The notes: generated by a model not told the origin, from the sequence alone. 46,468 nucleotides of DNA from Amoeboaphelidium protococcarum X5 (GCA_023515725.1 JALDTO010000132.1:1-46468); one strand, 5' to 3'. Positions 11,008 through 24,861 are shown, counted from the first letter of the stretch. Program-made: numbers and translations.

Positions 11008-13701
11008 ATGATGAACATGTTTTAATTATATTTGGTCGCGTTGATGGCATGCTGTATTGGTACAATATCTTCTCAATCTTATGTCAGACACAACATTAAA
11101 GACACTCTAGGTCCTCTCCTCAGCATTTAATAGCCGCTCTCGGTAAAGATTGAACCATATGTGCACAAGTCTACTCCATCCCTCTCGTATGGGGACAAGT
11201 TGCAATACTTTAGATTAATAATAAAACTGACTCCTACTCAATCTTTCTACCTTCACATGCATCCTAATTAGAATATCCTACATCCGGATGCTAATGCTAA
11301 AGTGTATGGTGATAATGGCAAAGTTGTTAATGTAATCAAAATGAGTGACGTACTATGTAACTTTCACGGTCATGTGCTGAGCAGAGACGATTCAGATTTC
11401 GTGATGGATGATGATTTTGTTGATGAGGACGGAGCGTAAGATTTGCTATCTTCATTGTCTATTGGTGATGCGCGTCTAACTTTTGCTCCTTGTCCCCGCA
11501 TTGGTAGTGGTAGTGGTAGTTTTATTAATGAGAATGTTGTATCAAGTGTCAGTGGGTCGTTCACTTATAGACAAGACACTTTTACCATCTAATCGTATTC
11601 ACATTATCTGGCTTCAAGGCGATCCTCTGACGTATTGCCAGATTTTGCAGCAGATTATAATGGTCCTATTATATACAGCATGAAGGATTTTGGAGAGCCT
11701 TTGCATAAGTCCTCTCACGACGGGTCGGCTTCCTTCGGTTGTGGATCAGAGCACCTACATTTTAACAGGTACAACGCAGAGGATCATGTCAGATAAAAGT
11801 TGCGGGTCCAGGTGTCTGATAACGATTATGGAGTGCATTTGCGAAAGAGGTAGAGTGCTGGTTGCCCTACTAATTTGTAAGTGCTCTATCTTGGAGTTGC
11901 TGCTGACTGTAGTTATTTCAATAATTTTAATGGAGATTCTACGGCTGTTCTTTAGTAAATAGTGAGTGAATTTAATCAAGCATCTGCTCTGTATTAGTAA
12001 TAGTTGAATATTGCATTGGGTATTGTGGAGACGAGCATACAATCATCGTGTGATACATCTGGTGGTAAGTCCTGGAATAGACAATGTAGTAGTAATTATC
12101 CTCTCTCTAGAAGATTGAATGATTTTGCGTAGTGGCGCGGTTAGTAGAAGGATAACTACGGTCTTTGGCATCTCAAATCTGTATGTTCAAGTTGTGAGGC
12201 TGGCCGCAGCTGCACGCTTGGAATCAGCTGGCTGAACATGGTGTGTGAGCGGTAGGCTTTCAGTCAATAAGTGAATGGAGAGAATGAATTCGTATCTGGT
12301 GTATGTATATCCACTCCATCGCCGAGTAGTTGGACCGTGGTGGCTCACGAGATTGGGCATAGTTTCGGTGCTAATCATGATTGTTCATCGACAGAGTGTT
12401 CGAGTGGTATACGGCAGGGATGCTGTCCATGTCAGGATTAGTGTGATTGTCAGGGCCGATATCTTATGCATCCGTCAGACAGTTCAAGTACCGATTCCTT
12501 CTCACCGTGCTCCGTCTCTACCATATGTTAAAAGTATCCCATCATTGCCACGTGTCTGCAGAATCCCAACTCGTAAAAGACTATAACTGAATAGCAGTGT
12601 GGTAATGGTATATTGGAATCTGGTGAAGAGTGTGACTGCGGTACACCTGAGGGTAATACTTGTAAGAACTCTTAATGCTGCGATGGTGCCACTTGTAAGC
12701 TCAAGAATGGAGCCAGATGTGAGGATTCTAATGGCAAATGTTGTCAAAATTGTTAATTAAAATCACAAGGAACTCAGTGCTTTAGTGCGCCTGACCAGTG
12801 TTCCAAGAATTAATTTTGTGATGGTCAGTCTGGTGTTTGTCCTGTCGTGGAGAAGTTGCCTGATAGATAACAGTGTTCGATCAATGCCACTGGTGAAAGC
12901 GGTTACTGTGCATCTGGCAGCTGTACCTCACGAGACTATTAATGCTCTCTCCGGGGCGAAACTGCAGGAATTACTGGTGAATGTCGTGGATTTAAGAATT
13001 AATGCGCAATGTTTTGTTAGAACGATAGAGGATAATGTTTTTAGATTGCGGGCTTCTTCACCGATGGTACAGCATGTGGATACTCTGGTACGTGTAAAGC
13101 TGGATAGTGTAATCAATCAGGTTGGAGTTCCTTTGTCGGATGGATGCAAGATAATTTGGCAATAACTATTGTACTGGCAAGTGTAGTTGGCCTAATTCTA
13201 TTCTGTTTTATCTGGAGCTGTATTGCCAGACGTAAAAATTAGGTACCTGCATCACAACGCTTCAACTCCAATGGCACTCAAAGTAGTAGTGGTAATAATA
13301 ACAATAACAACAGACCTCGGGGATACAATCCTAATTATCCTGCTGGATCCATATAGCGTAATCAGATCGCGCCTTCTGTACAGTAACCTTCGCAAGTCAC
13401 TCCAGCATAGTCTAATTGGGTAGATCCATATCTATACAACGGCCCTGTAAATCCTGACAGTTTATACGCTGATTAAGGATAGCAGAGCGCTGATTTGATT
13501 GTCGATTTGCCTCCTCCTGTGCCGAGTAAACGCGTGTCATCGATGAATGTCGATAGTTAAGTAATAGCTATAGATCCGCTGGCGTCCAAATATAGTCAAT
13601 AACGTTAATCTGCAAACTAGAAGACACCGTCAGCTGTGCCAACTTCTCCGTCAAAGTTTTTGGATTCTGCCCGGTCACGAAGGTCAGGTAGAGTAGTTTG
13701 A
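11008..13701 (+). CDS. ADAM-family metalloprotease-disintegrin, copy 2 (897 aa)
   Basis: Signal peptide MMNMFQLYLVALMACCIG, LRKR site, canonical HEIGHSFGANHD, YLMHP, CGNGILESGEECDCG, TM segment and a Pro-rich tail with WVDPYLYNG. Confidence 0.92.
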
Positions 13702-14207
13702 TGAGTACTGTACATATGATTGCTCTTTAAGAGTCTTTACAATACATTTAACTTCTCAACTTCGTTTGTATTGAGTTGAATGAGTTCAGAAATTTAAAAA
13801 TACTTTAGTAGTGGAAAAATGCTATCTTTGTGCCTACTTTATCATCTGTATGCTCTCTCAGGATTCAATGATAATTTTAGCACATCCTCCCTCCACAAAG
13901 ACGGTAATATACACTTTCGTAGTTTTACAAAGTTCCTTCTTTGGACACCCTTCTACTATTCAGCACTTTTATGGCATCAATGTAATGAGCGTAGTTTTCT
14001 ATGACACATTGTTCAGAGAACGCATAATCTGGTTCATACATGCGATCCTGGCACAATTAAACTCTAAAATTAGTCCTTGAAGGCCCGGTTTAAGCTCCTG
14101 CTGACTTGAGCATGCGATATTTTTGGAAATTTATGTTAAGATCGTGTATGATGGAAGTAGGAGTGGATGGAATACTTATTTATCTAAATTAGCCCTGTTC
14201 TGTAACT

Positions 14208-14750
14208 TCAGGCAGAATCGGAATCCTCCTTGTGAAGGTACTTCTCCAACACCATCATTTCCACCAAAGCCAATAAGTCCGTGGGCTGCCGGTTACATTG
14301 AAGCTATTAAAAAAGGGTCTACAGCATGTTCAGTGGGCTTGTAAAATAATGGCTTTCGTATGCCAGTCTCGTCAGCAATGTCGGGCTTAGCTGCTCTAAC
14401 AATTCAGCGCGTGATACACAGCGTCCAACGTCTTCAATTGATATTCTCAGAGACTAAGGATCCAACCTAAACAGCTGCATAAAGCGCGCACAGTATTTGA
14501 CCGCTGTCAGTTCTTCCACCAACATCAGTAGACTCGCCAACAGCCTAGATATAAACTACGAATATTAATCAACACCTGCTACAAACATGCAAGTTTCAAT
14601 GAGCATTGCCACTCTCTAATAATCAGAAGCAGATAGTGCCGTGGTGGAATTAAGTTGTCTATTGCAAATCGCGTCCCAGTATCTCTGTTAAAAAGGCGTT
14701 ATAGACTTTAATAAAAATTTGAGCTAACCACTCGCATAAAGCCTATTCGT
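14208..14750 (-). CDS. Probable 3' part of a hypothetical helical protein; 5' structure unresolved (may extend to about 15080 through introns)
   Basis: TGA-free frame of about 180 codons with Leu-rich, protein-like composition (FISRLLASLLMLVEEL...LLALVEMMVLEKYL), ending at TGA 14208. No family recognised. Confidence 0.4.
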
Positions 14751-15124
14751 TCATGATTTCAATACTTTATACTCGCGTCGTGCCTCCTATGCTACCATCC
14801 AGGCGGATCCTCACATTCTACAACAGTTTCAACTAAGAAAGCGTGGATCCACACTTTATACAAATTAGCGGGTTATCACACTAAGTACAGTTGAATCTTA
14901 CATACGATTTACTCTGCACATTAATGAGAGCAATATAAAGTATCAGAGTTCGTTATAAAGCGATTTGCAGTGTGATTCTTAGATTACAAACTGGTTTTAG
15001 GTGGCGTTCTCCACCTGTCCCGCGTTTGGTAATCCTTAGAAAGAGTAAAGAAATCTGGTTCATAAGTGGTAGCAATATCATCCAAATATTTAGCGTAATT
15101 TCTTAATTAAATGTATATTACTAT

Positions 15125-16126
15125 TCACAAATCAGATTCAAAGAGATCGTCTTCGTCAGCATTCTCACGAACCGCTGATATATCGCCCTCAATAAACTTG
15201 AAGATATCATTCAGTTCATCATCTTCCGTGTCCATATGATCATCGCAAATTAACTAATCTTTCAGAGTTTAGTTGCTTTATACATTCGAATTAAGAATAT
15301 GACTTTATGGAGGAATGTCGGCAACATGACCCAGAGTCTCAGCTTAAACGCGGTGCTCATCAGGAGAAGGCTCTATACTAGGAACGTCGACAGGTTTCTT
15401 ATTGACAGCATCTTCAAATCGCGGCGGTTGAGACAATCTTCTTTTGATACTTGATATCACAGACTGTGTATTTGTCTGTAAAGTTTATTGATCAGCAAAC
15501 GCCTCACTATTGATGTCTAGTTTAAATCCAAAAGGATCATCGCACTAGTCGCCTGCTTAAATACTAGAGATGCGGCTACCAACAGCTGAACATTACGATT
15601 TCGTACTTTCAGTCAATTTACCAAATGAAGAATTAGATTTCTACAGCAACTAGACTTTAGATCGCTGAGACTCTTTTGGAGTGTATGAGTTATCAATATC
15701 AAGTCTGAGCGAGATTTGATTATCAGTACTACACACTAGATCAGCATTATTTTAGTGGATTTCAACAACAGTTTACTCTTATTGCTGCTTAAGTGCATCG
15801 ACTGACTCATCAGGTGCTTTTTTTTGAACAGGCATACACTATACCACTTACTTTTCATCAGAAACATTATTGTGCTAATCACTTTAGTTATTCAGTGTCG
15901 ATACTTCATCCTTAACTTAATGCGCAATAATATTCTGTTCTTACTTCTAGCATTTAATATGGCAATCAACAACTGGCGTTCTCTTTTTCAAATTTGCAGT
16001 TTTATACTATTAATTCAGTAGTATGGTACATGATAGTCTGCCATGTGGGCCAAGGGATCCAAATTAGTATAGATAATGCTTCAACTTCTAGACGCGTGTT
16101 ATTGAGTATCTATCATCTGTGATCAT
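15125..16126 (-). CDS. Hypothetical, mostly disordered Q/S/D-rich protein with an acidic C-terminus (333 aa)
   Basis: Open frame ATG16126 to TGA15125 under TAR=Gln. No recognisable domain; start uncertain. Confidence 0.6.
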
Positions 16127-16368
16127 GATTTATCGTTTAGAGCAATTGAGTACATACAATGCTACTACAATGAGTATATCTGCAGGTTGAGGAAAAGAAG
16201 GATTACAGTAAAGCGTTCACCTGAACTAACCAAGGAGAGATTTGAAACAACTCGAACGGCACTTCGACAAATGAAACGAGAATTCGCTTTTTACTGTACC
16301 ACTTTCATCTCTCTCTCGATATCACACAGCGCGTGGAAAAGGCTTTGGATATATACATTTTACGCGCA

Positions 16369-16917
16369 ATGCTCAAATATACTGGTCATAAATTATGTAA
16401 TCGCTCAAAAATACCGGGCACTGTATTTAATCGCTATCATCCTCAAAAGTATATGCATATCACACAGAATATTAATGATCAAGCAGTCAATGATGAGAAA
16501 ACAACGGATGCGAAAATGTTGTTTTCATTCAAATGCAATCAGTGCCAGGTGAGAACTACTAAATTTATATCAAAACTTGCATACACAAAAGGTGTTGTAC
16601 TGGTCAAATGCTCTGGTGAAAGTGTTCTGCATGAGATGCTAAATAGTAGTAATCAACAGCAGATGTCAAGTAGTGGTATTGATTCAGAAGTAATGAAGAC
16701 CATTCAATAAGAACACGACAAGGAAAAGGCGTGTGGTGCGCTGCATCTCGTCGCGGATAGACTCGGTTGGTTTCACGATCAACAAGATCCGCGGCGGAAT
16801 GATGTGGAGAATATTCTGCGCTCCAAAGGACAGTCTGTGACGCGAATAACTCAAGATTAAGACTTGGCTGAGTTTATCGATACCAGCGATACTTCTATGA
16901 TTAAGAATAATAAATGA
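16369..16917 (+). CDS. ZIM17: DNL-type zinc finger mitochondrial Hsp70 escort protein (Zim17/Hep1/DNLZ), 182 aa
   Basis: MLFSFKCNQCQVRTTKFISKLAYTKGVVLVKC ... CGALHLVADRLGWF ... VENILRSKGQSV, plus a basic presequence. Confidence 0.88.
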
Positions 16918-17092
16918 TGTCAATACTTTATGCGCGTATTTATTCATTTCTTATTTTACATTGTAAAGTTTCTTTTACGTTTCACCATAAATCGTTTCTT
17001 ATTCTTTCAGAACTACTCTTCCTCTTCCTTGGTTGTTGAACTTTAAGATTGCAAAAGTGTAGATCTCTCATATATAGTGGTGGTACTTTATA

Positions 17093-20000
17093 ATGTGGTT
17101 TAGTAGATTTAGTAAGAGTTTGAATTTAAATACACCTTCAACTGGGGATAGTTAGAATAATAATAATAGTACCACTAATAGTTAGATCAGTGATGACAAG
17201 TCAACTTCATAACACAATACTACTTCTGATCAGAAACGATTATCTACTACTAGAGCATTGATTGCCAGGATTACGGATTCTCTCTGTCTAACTCCCTACC
17301 CATGGTAGAGAGTGACTAAGAAAGACTCGAATAGAGTTTACATTAAGGATTTGCTTTATGCTCTCAAGGATATGCTCGGTAATACTCGGAATCCCATAAT
17401 CATCCTGCTTAACCTGTCTCATAAAGAGTACAGTTTTAATATGCCTGCGAATTCAATATAGTAGTAGCAATAAGATTAAAGTGCTTCTAAATAACTGAAT
17501 CTTGCGTCTCTAATTGTAGAAAAGGATTTACCGTAGTATTTTGTCTACCACATGCCATTCAAGTACGAGTTAGATGGTATTTTGCATTTGATCAACCTGA
17601 TTAATGCTCTTAATTAACTGCTGTCGGGACATAAATTAGGTATGGTGGCTATTAATTGTTTGAATGGAGACCGGTCTTTTCTAGTTGCTAATCTTTTGAA
17701 AGCTTATAATTATGGCAAATGGTAGAGTGTGTTCAGTTGTGTCAAGACTCCTCAAGATTATCTGTATACTTTATACTTATAAAGTCTGTTGGTCAATCGG
17801 CATTTGATATCAAATTCACGCTCAGAGGCTTATTTACTAGGTGTTCATACTGCCGTATTAATGGGTAGTGGTTCTTCATTAAGTGCTGGCTAGAATATAG
17901 ATAATGTTCACGTTGAGGTGCGGATGAAAGATGAGACTGTATGGTCCTCTTTAGTTGTGCTGCAAATTGCTAATGGTGGATTTTATGAAGATGATGAGGA
18001 TTAGCAACAGTTGTTTGAGTAAATGCATAGAATAACGTAAGCCACTAAGCTTAATGATGATATTGAAATACGGCTTGTTGCATTTCTGAGAAGATAATCA
18101 CAGATTGGATCTGGTTTATAAAGCACTCCTTCAAAATAATCGTCTCTATAGTCTGAAGACAATGGAGGCCATTCGACACTATTTTAGTCCCAGCTGAAAT
18201 AGACTGCAAGTGAGTCTGAATTTTATTCAAAAGTTATTCTGGCTCAAGGTACAATCAATTTATTATTTCTACCTCAATCTGGCGTGATAACTCTGTAATC
18301 TGGCCTCGCTAATTATCTTGAACATCTTAATACGTCGTCTGGCGTTCTTGAGCTTAGTTCATTTGCTCAGAGATGTGGCTTTCTGGGAGTGAGGTTGTAG
18401 TTGATTCTAAATGATTCTCCTATATTGCCGCAGAGTATTAATAGGTCAGTATCCAATGACAGTCCTTTAGTTCTTCATAAAGTTATTGTGAATAGCGTGC
18501 CTAAATTAGTGCAAAGTGATCGTAAAGTTAAACCTCTACTTGAGATATATGGGCAGAGAATCAAGTTCTAGAATGATGGAGATGGTCAAATTAAAATATC
18601 AAATGAGAAATAGCTGCTTTATAGTAGCCAAATCCATCAAGCGAATTTGAAGAAGCGTAAATTGTCTACTGATCGTAATAGTAGAGGCTCTCAGTCACTT
18701 AGACCAGAGTCGCGATTGACTGGATCATATTCTGTGAATAGTATTCTGACAGACTTGTCTTCAAAAGAAGTCATCACAGACTCCAACGGGTAGTAATTAT
18801 AGTCATCTTCAAGAAGGAGTTCATTAGAGTAACCTCAGCTGGAGTCTCAGCTTAATGAGTATCAATCTGAGTCCTAGTTCACTTTAAATGATTACTTGGA
18901 GGACGATGATCCTGTGTACGTTGACTCTGATTTCGTCTTCTTTCGTCTCAACAGTCTTGGCTCTCGTTTATAACAAGGATCTAATGAGTCGTCTCTGGAT
19001 GCGATAACTAGTGGTGCAGGCGGCGGCTTTGTTATTGATGGCTCTTATTCAAAGCTGGAACTTGTTGTTAATCATTTTGATGATGCCACCAGTTCTCTTG
19101 TTCCTCTTTGCACTTATACCATGCTTCCTTTCATGATCAGTGACAATGGTGCTGGTATGTTTAGAGTTTCCAATAGTAAAGCCTTTTAAAGTCCCATAAG
19201 CCGAAGAGCTAGTTAATTGGCTGCCAATATTGGTCAGTTTGTGTAAAAAGCCTTGTCACCTCAATCTGATCATGATAGTGTGCGGATGTAAAGCCCCGAT
19301 GTGGCCGTGGATGATGATTTTAATATCGATTCTACTATTGGTAAACTGTTGTTCACCTCAGCTTTGGATCCATCTAATACCTAGTCGCCGATCCAATTTG
19401 CGGATAATTTCTGTCTTGATTTGGTATTTATAGAAAATTTGCGATTGTACTTGGATGAAGAATAGGATGAGTAGTAAGAAATGGCGGTGGTGACAGATAC
19501 TCTGTCGTAGTAAACGCTTTCAGCAAGTAAATAGGCGCTGAGTGCTACGCGTGGAGTGACTAATGTTCTTGAACAGTGCTCTGTGTAGGCTGATTCAGAG
19601 CTGTGCTTTATATTCTGTCGCTAGCCAGTTTCATAAGATCTTTAGTTGGATCTTTAATAAGTCAGGAAATTTCTAAAAGCTCCTGGCAACTCTGATCTCC
19701 CTATATTTGTAGATTTGTAAATGACTTGCGATTTGAAAAAGACGCAGGAAGATGTGTAAAAGTGTTTTGAGAATGGGGCGAATTTGCCGCAGAAGCAGAT
19801 TTTTGAGAATCAATCCCTCTAGTAATGGTTTATTAATGGTTTTTATAGCGTACTAGGGGATAATTCATCGTAAGAGTAGTAGTAACAGCAAGAGATTAAT
19901 AATTAACATCATTAATGGTGGCATCCGCTCATTGTCAAGCTTGCATTATGTATGCAGAGAAATTAGATACACGATGCCCACTCCTTTCTAGCTGTCGACC

Positions 20001-22492
20001 TACCAAAGAAGTTGTATTTGCAGCTCGTGCTAGAATGTATAATATATTACTATGAGAATTATCGGAATGATTAGACTACTTTGTAGTCTGTATATGATGA
20101 GCTGATTGTGACAAGTCCTATAGAGGCTTAGTTACCCGTTTCTAATGAGTCTGTAATTGATGGTCTACTTCCCTCTTACTAAACTCGTCGTCAGTAGGAG
20201 AAGGGAGATGATGATCTACGCGACGATGTTCAGGATGATTAGTAGGATGCTTCCTCGTATAGAAAAGACGGCCAATTGCATCAAAAGGAAGTCAATGATA
20301 AATAGTAATCTCCTGTGAGAGAAGCATTACCATCTGCGTCTTCCTCATCATTGCCTCCACCACCACCAATGCCTTAATTAACTCAAGGGGGCAGTTTTGT
20401 CGTTAGCCAGACTGAAGAAGTCACATCAAATTCTGTGTAACCTCCTGGTGGTGTTCCTCCACCTCCGCCTATGCCTGTGCACTCCGCGGGTGGTGTTCCT
20501 TTGCCTCCTCCTCCGCCGATGGCTGGTGGTATCGCGCCTGGTGGAGCAGCAGGACCTGATTTAAATAGAAAGCATGTAAGAGTAACACTTCATTGGGATG
20601 CCTTGAAGTAGTAAGATTTGCAAGCGTTGTCAAATATTGGACGAAAGAAGACTATATGGATGGAGGATTCTGATGAAGATGTTGACGATGATTATGGCGA
20701 CGTTGATGCTGACAGTTAATAATTGGAAGAGAAAGATGACGAAGTGGATGATAATACCGACTCAAAGGACAAGCTAGTGGTAGAGTCTGATTCAACATCA
20801 TAGTCCAAGCTTAGGAATAAAAGAGTCAGTATGTGGATGAATGTAAGAGATTCTATAAATGTTGACAAGTTTGAAGAGTTATTTTGTGAAGATCCTGAAG
20901 AATTGCAGAGAAAGAAGAAACAACTGGCAGAGTAAAAGTTGGATGGTTAAAAGAGTGACGGCAAACAGTCAATTGAAAGGATATCTGTACTTGACTCCAA
21001 TAAAGCCAAAAACATTAGTATTGTACTAAGCAAATTTGAGAGAAAGTGCAAGTCTTTGGTGGAAACTAGTGTCAACACCGCTGTGTCTGAATTAGCCCCT
21101 GATGTTAAATGGACGGAGGTATCGCAATCCTCATTGTAGAGTATGGTGTTTCTTAAACTACTTCATGTGATTATTCTTAATATGAAAGTGGAATGGTGTG
21201 CTAACACAAGTGAAGTATAGTTAGAATTGGAAGATTATCTGGCATTATAGAAAATACTTCCTGACTAGGAACTCTTACAAGAGATTTAGAATTGGATGCG
21301 GACGAAAGCCAAAGCATTCTTGGACGATGAAAGTGGCGAATTTGCTCTGGACGAGTATCTACTGCGGCGGCTTGCATTTTCCGATCTGTTTGTAATTGAA
21401 TTTTATTAGAGGAATCCCGTGGTCAATCTTATGGTCAACTCATCTATCATCCGGTTAAAGTATCTCGCTGCTCATAGTCTAGAGTCCTAGGATTAATAGC
21501 GAAATTAGAGTAATTCTGGAGGGAACGAAGTTGATGTCATTCTGTAAAAGCTTGATGTAGTTGAGAAAGTGTTGTTAGAGTTGTAGACCAACTCAGGATT
21601 GAAGGTAATTCTGAGAGCAGTTCTCAGTCTTGGTAATATGACCAACTATGAATATGGTAAAAAGTCTTAATTTGGTAGGCGTGGTGATCGTGCGGTTGGT
21701 TTTAAGATTGAGTCTCTGCCTAAACTTCGTGATGTTAAAGCTCGTGATGGCAAATCCACGTTGATGAATTATCTGGTTGAAGTTTTATGGGGAGTTCCGG
21801 ATTTGATCAAGTTGCCAGATCACTTCGAGAAGATTGGTCTCTTAGTTGCCAAAGATTACAAAACGACGGATATCCTTAGCTCTATTTCTGAGGTATAGTA
21901 GGATTATGAGTAGTTGGTGTAACTGTCACGGTAGGACTTTGCTATGGACACTAGAATGAAAAAGTTGATTGAAAAAGATGATGGTATAAGAAACTCATAG
22001 TAATCTTAGAAGTAATTGAGTTAAATCTCATTGATTCTCGGCAAGTTCGCGGTCGACACTGCTGGCGTTGAATCTTTGAAGTAGTAGTATGCTGAGCCGG
22101 TAATTACAGAGATGCAATCTCGGCTGTAGACGCTTTATGCTCGGTGGGCTCAGTGTTGGTAGGCGTGTATCGACACTGCTCTGTATTTTGGAGAGAACCC
22201 GGAAGATTATGATATTATCTCAGCTCAGGAGTAACAAGAAGCGATTCTTAGCACTGCCACATATAAATCCGTGGCTGATCTGCCAGGCTCGAAAGCAAAG
22301 AGAAGGTGGGAAGATTTATTTGATGTATTTCACACATTCTTTGTGTATTATAAGGAAGCAGTGTCTCAGGTGAAGCGACATAAAGACAAGGAGCGGCGCG
22401 CCAAGGAGAGAAAGTAGAAGCAGCAGGCTGAGTAGAGCAAGAAAGATGGCACTTCTAAAGAGACCGCCTCGTCGTAGACTAAAAATTCATGA
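17093..22492 (+). CDS. Formin with N-terminal PTEN-like phosphatase and C2 region, FH1 and FH2 (about 1799 aa)
   Basis: ATG and TGA share one frame. PTEN-like ITDSLCLTPYP / LLNLSHKEY / VAINCLNGDRS; C2-like PLVLHKVIVNSVP; poly-Pro FH1 at about 20350-20520; FH2 motifs LHWDAL, KAKNISIVL and GNMTN..AVGFKIESLPKLRDVK. Confidence 0.88.
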
Positions 22493-22555
22493 TTATCTGA
22501 TATAAATACAGTGATAAAGATAGACTAAATAAATTTTTTAAATATGCCATTCTTT

Positions 22556-24195
22556 TCACTATATCGATTAAGAATTAGACTTAGACCGGCTGCTATGGTA
22601 TTTAGTACGCTCCTTGTACTCGGCCAGATCAAATTTAGGTACCAGATAAATATCAGATCTTGGGTAAAGCCATTCTAAAAAGAGCAGAAAAATGTAATTC
22701 AAGGCCACGATACAGCAAAACAACTTACCGGCCCACATTCCACACCCGTAGAATCTCCGTAACCGCTCAATCAATGGAACATCGGGCATCTCAAGTATGG
22801 ATGAGTAGACTCGCTCCGTACGCTCAGCCACGTCCATCCAAGAGTACATCTTCTGAATCTCTCGATGAAAGTGCCAACGATCGATTCCCTCTGTGCGCAC
22901 CACTTCTACGGCTGTCATCAAAACATCAACCATCTCAGTGTCATCATTGCCAAACATAATCATTGATCTAGGCAGAACTTCTACAATACCACCCACTCGC
23001 GTGGACACCACAAGAAGACCACAACTTGCAGCTTCAATTATTCCAATGCAGAAAGCCTCAGTCAGCGAAGTGTTAAGAAATATCTAACCTCTAATTAACA
23101 CATCGCGTACCATGGTATGCTTAATTGCTCCCAGCAGTTCAACTCTGTCCTAAAGCTGATACTTTTCCCTCATCTACTCCAAATTAATTCTCTTTGGTCC
23201 ATCACCGGCAATAATGAACCGAATTCGAGGATCTAATTCACACACCATTGGTATGACAGCACACAACAGATCAATACCTTTACGATAAGTGAGCCGACTG
23301 ACAATCACAATAGTGACATAATCTTCTTACATAGCTCCATCTTTATCGCGGACTTTGTCTTGATCGAAATTACCATAATCTCCATCATTTTCAATATTCA
23401 AATCAGCCTTAACATCATCAGGTGCGGTCCTCTCCAAATTATTATCAGATCGACCTAGTTTCTAATAGAGGGAGCGAATAACACCATGCTCCCTAATATC
23501 TTACAACTCACTAGCAGTTGGAGGTGTAAACTGAGAGGACACAACAGCATTCGGTATCACAGAGACTATATGCGGATTCAAAGCAGCTCTGAGCACAGTG
23601 TTCTCTTTACTTGTATGCGACACACATATGACATGATCAATATCAGAAAGGGAGAACTTGAGCAGTTTATTAGTCAATATAGAGGATGTATCACTGAAAC
23701 CGAACAGAGAGTGATCAGTAAACACAGCTTTAAGACTCATGGTACGTGCGTGTAGGATAGCTTCATGTGCAATGGTACTGAATGCCTAATGAGCATGCAC
23801 AATCTATATCTATTCGCGTATAAAAATCTACCGCATCAGAGGGAATAGACCATACACAGTGGGCAAGGTGGCCTACTAGTAGATGACTATATGCGGCAGG
23901 TAGTACACCTTGAGACCATTCGTCAAGTAGCGCACACCCACTCGATCTTCATCATACTAATGCGTGATAATGACAACCTTGTGTCCGCGGGCAATCAATG
24001 CTTGACTAACACAATACAAGTGACTCTCCACACCACCATAGTTGGGAAAGAAGAAATCGCTCACCATACTACACTAATTTATAATAAATCGAATGTAACT
24101 TTAATATTCTATCTTAGGACGCTATATGTCTAATGAGATTACCATATATTGTAAGAGGGTGAACTGTAAAATCCACTTATAGGTGCACTAAACAT
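22556..24195 (-). CDS. PIGA: GPI-GlcNAc transferase catalytic subunit PIG-A/Gpi3 (521 aa); intron 24069-24142
   Basis: [59 protein letters not shown] and [12 protein letters not shown], with a C-terminal TM segment. Ends TAG-TGA. Confidence 0.95.
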
Positions 24196-24596
24196 TATCG
24201 CTATACTTTTTAGATGACTGACTATACAGAGCGCAATAATTAGCAGATGATATATGGGACCACTTCACAGTTGAATTAAGTTCTGTAAGTATATATAAAG
24301 AAACAATACAACAGAAGGAACACTAAATGATGGAGCAAGCGCCTTGAAACTATTCGAAGAATGCTTCAATAGTGGCGGAAGCACGCGACGGGATACAACA
24401 TTGAAATGAGAAGAACTCTCTAGTAAAGCTAGTAACTTTAAATGATATGGGTTCTCTAGCGAGCCTACCTCCTGCTACATATAGATATTTTACAACATTC
24501 GGATCGCTGTGACTCTTAAAAGAGTGACATGCATAACAAAGCGCGTAAAGTAACCACATACATTCGCTGGTGAGAGCCGCTTTACTTCTTTACTCC

Positions 24597-24618
24597 CTCT
24601 CTCTCTCTCTCTCTCTCT
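24597..24618. repeat. (CT)11 microsatellite in the PIGA/MTR10 divergent intergenic region
   Basis: Read directly from the sequence. Confidence 0.9.
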
Positions 24619-24861
24619 TTCCATTCAAGCCATGACAAGACGCGCATTTACAGTGGAAATACTCTCGGGCTTTTACTCGCCCGTTCCCAATCGTCGTTGT
24701 TCTTTCCTTCCTTCTCCGTCACTTTGTCAACTTGAAGTTGTTATTACTGCCCGTATACTGCCATTTAATATCAAAGTCACGGTATAAATTGAACTATTTG
24801 TATTAACTTTTGAGCTCTGAATTTTTATTAACCATTAGGACCTATAAGAAGTTATAAAATT

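Noticed and set aside
24361-24573. Short plus-strand ORF between PIGA and MTR10 under table 6
   Set aside because: About 70 codons is expected by chance with a single stop codon, and it has no motif.
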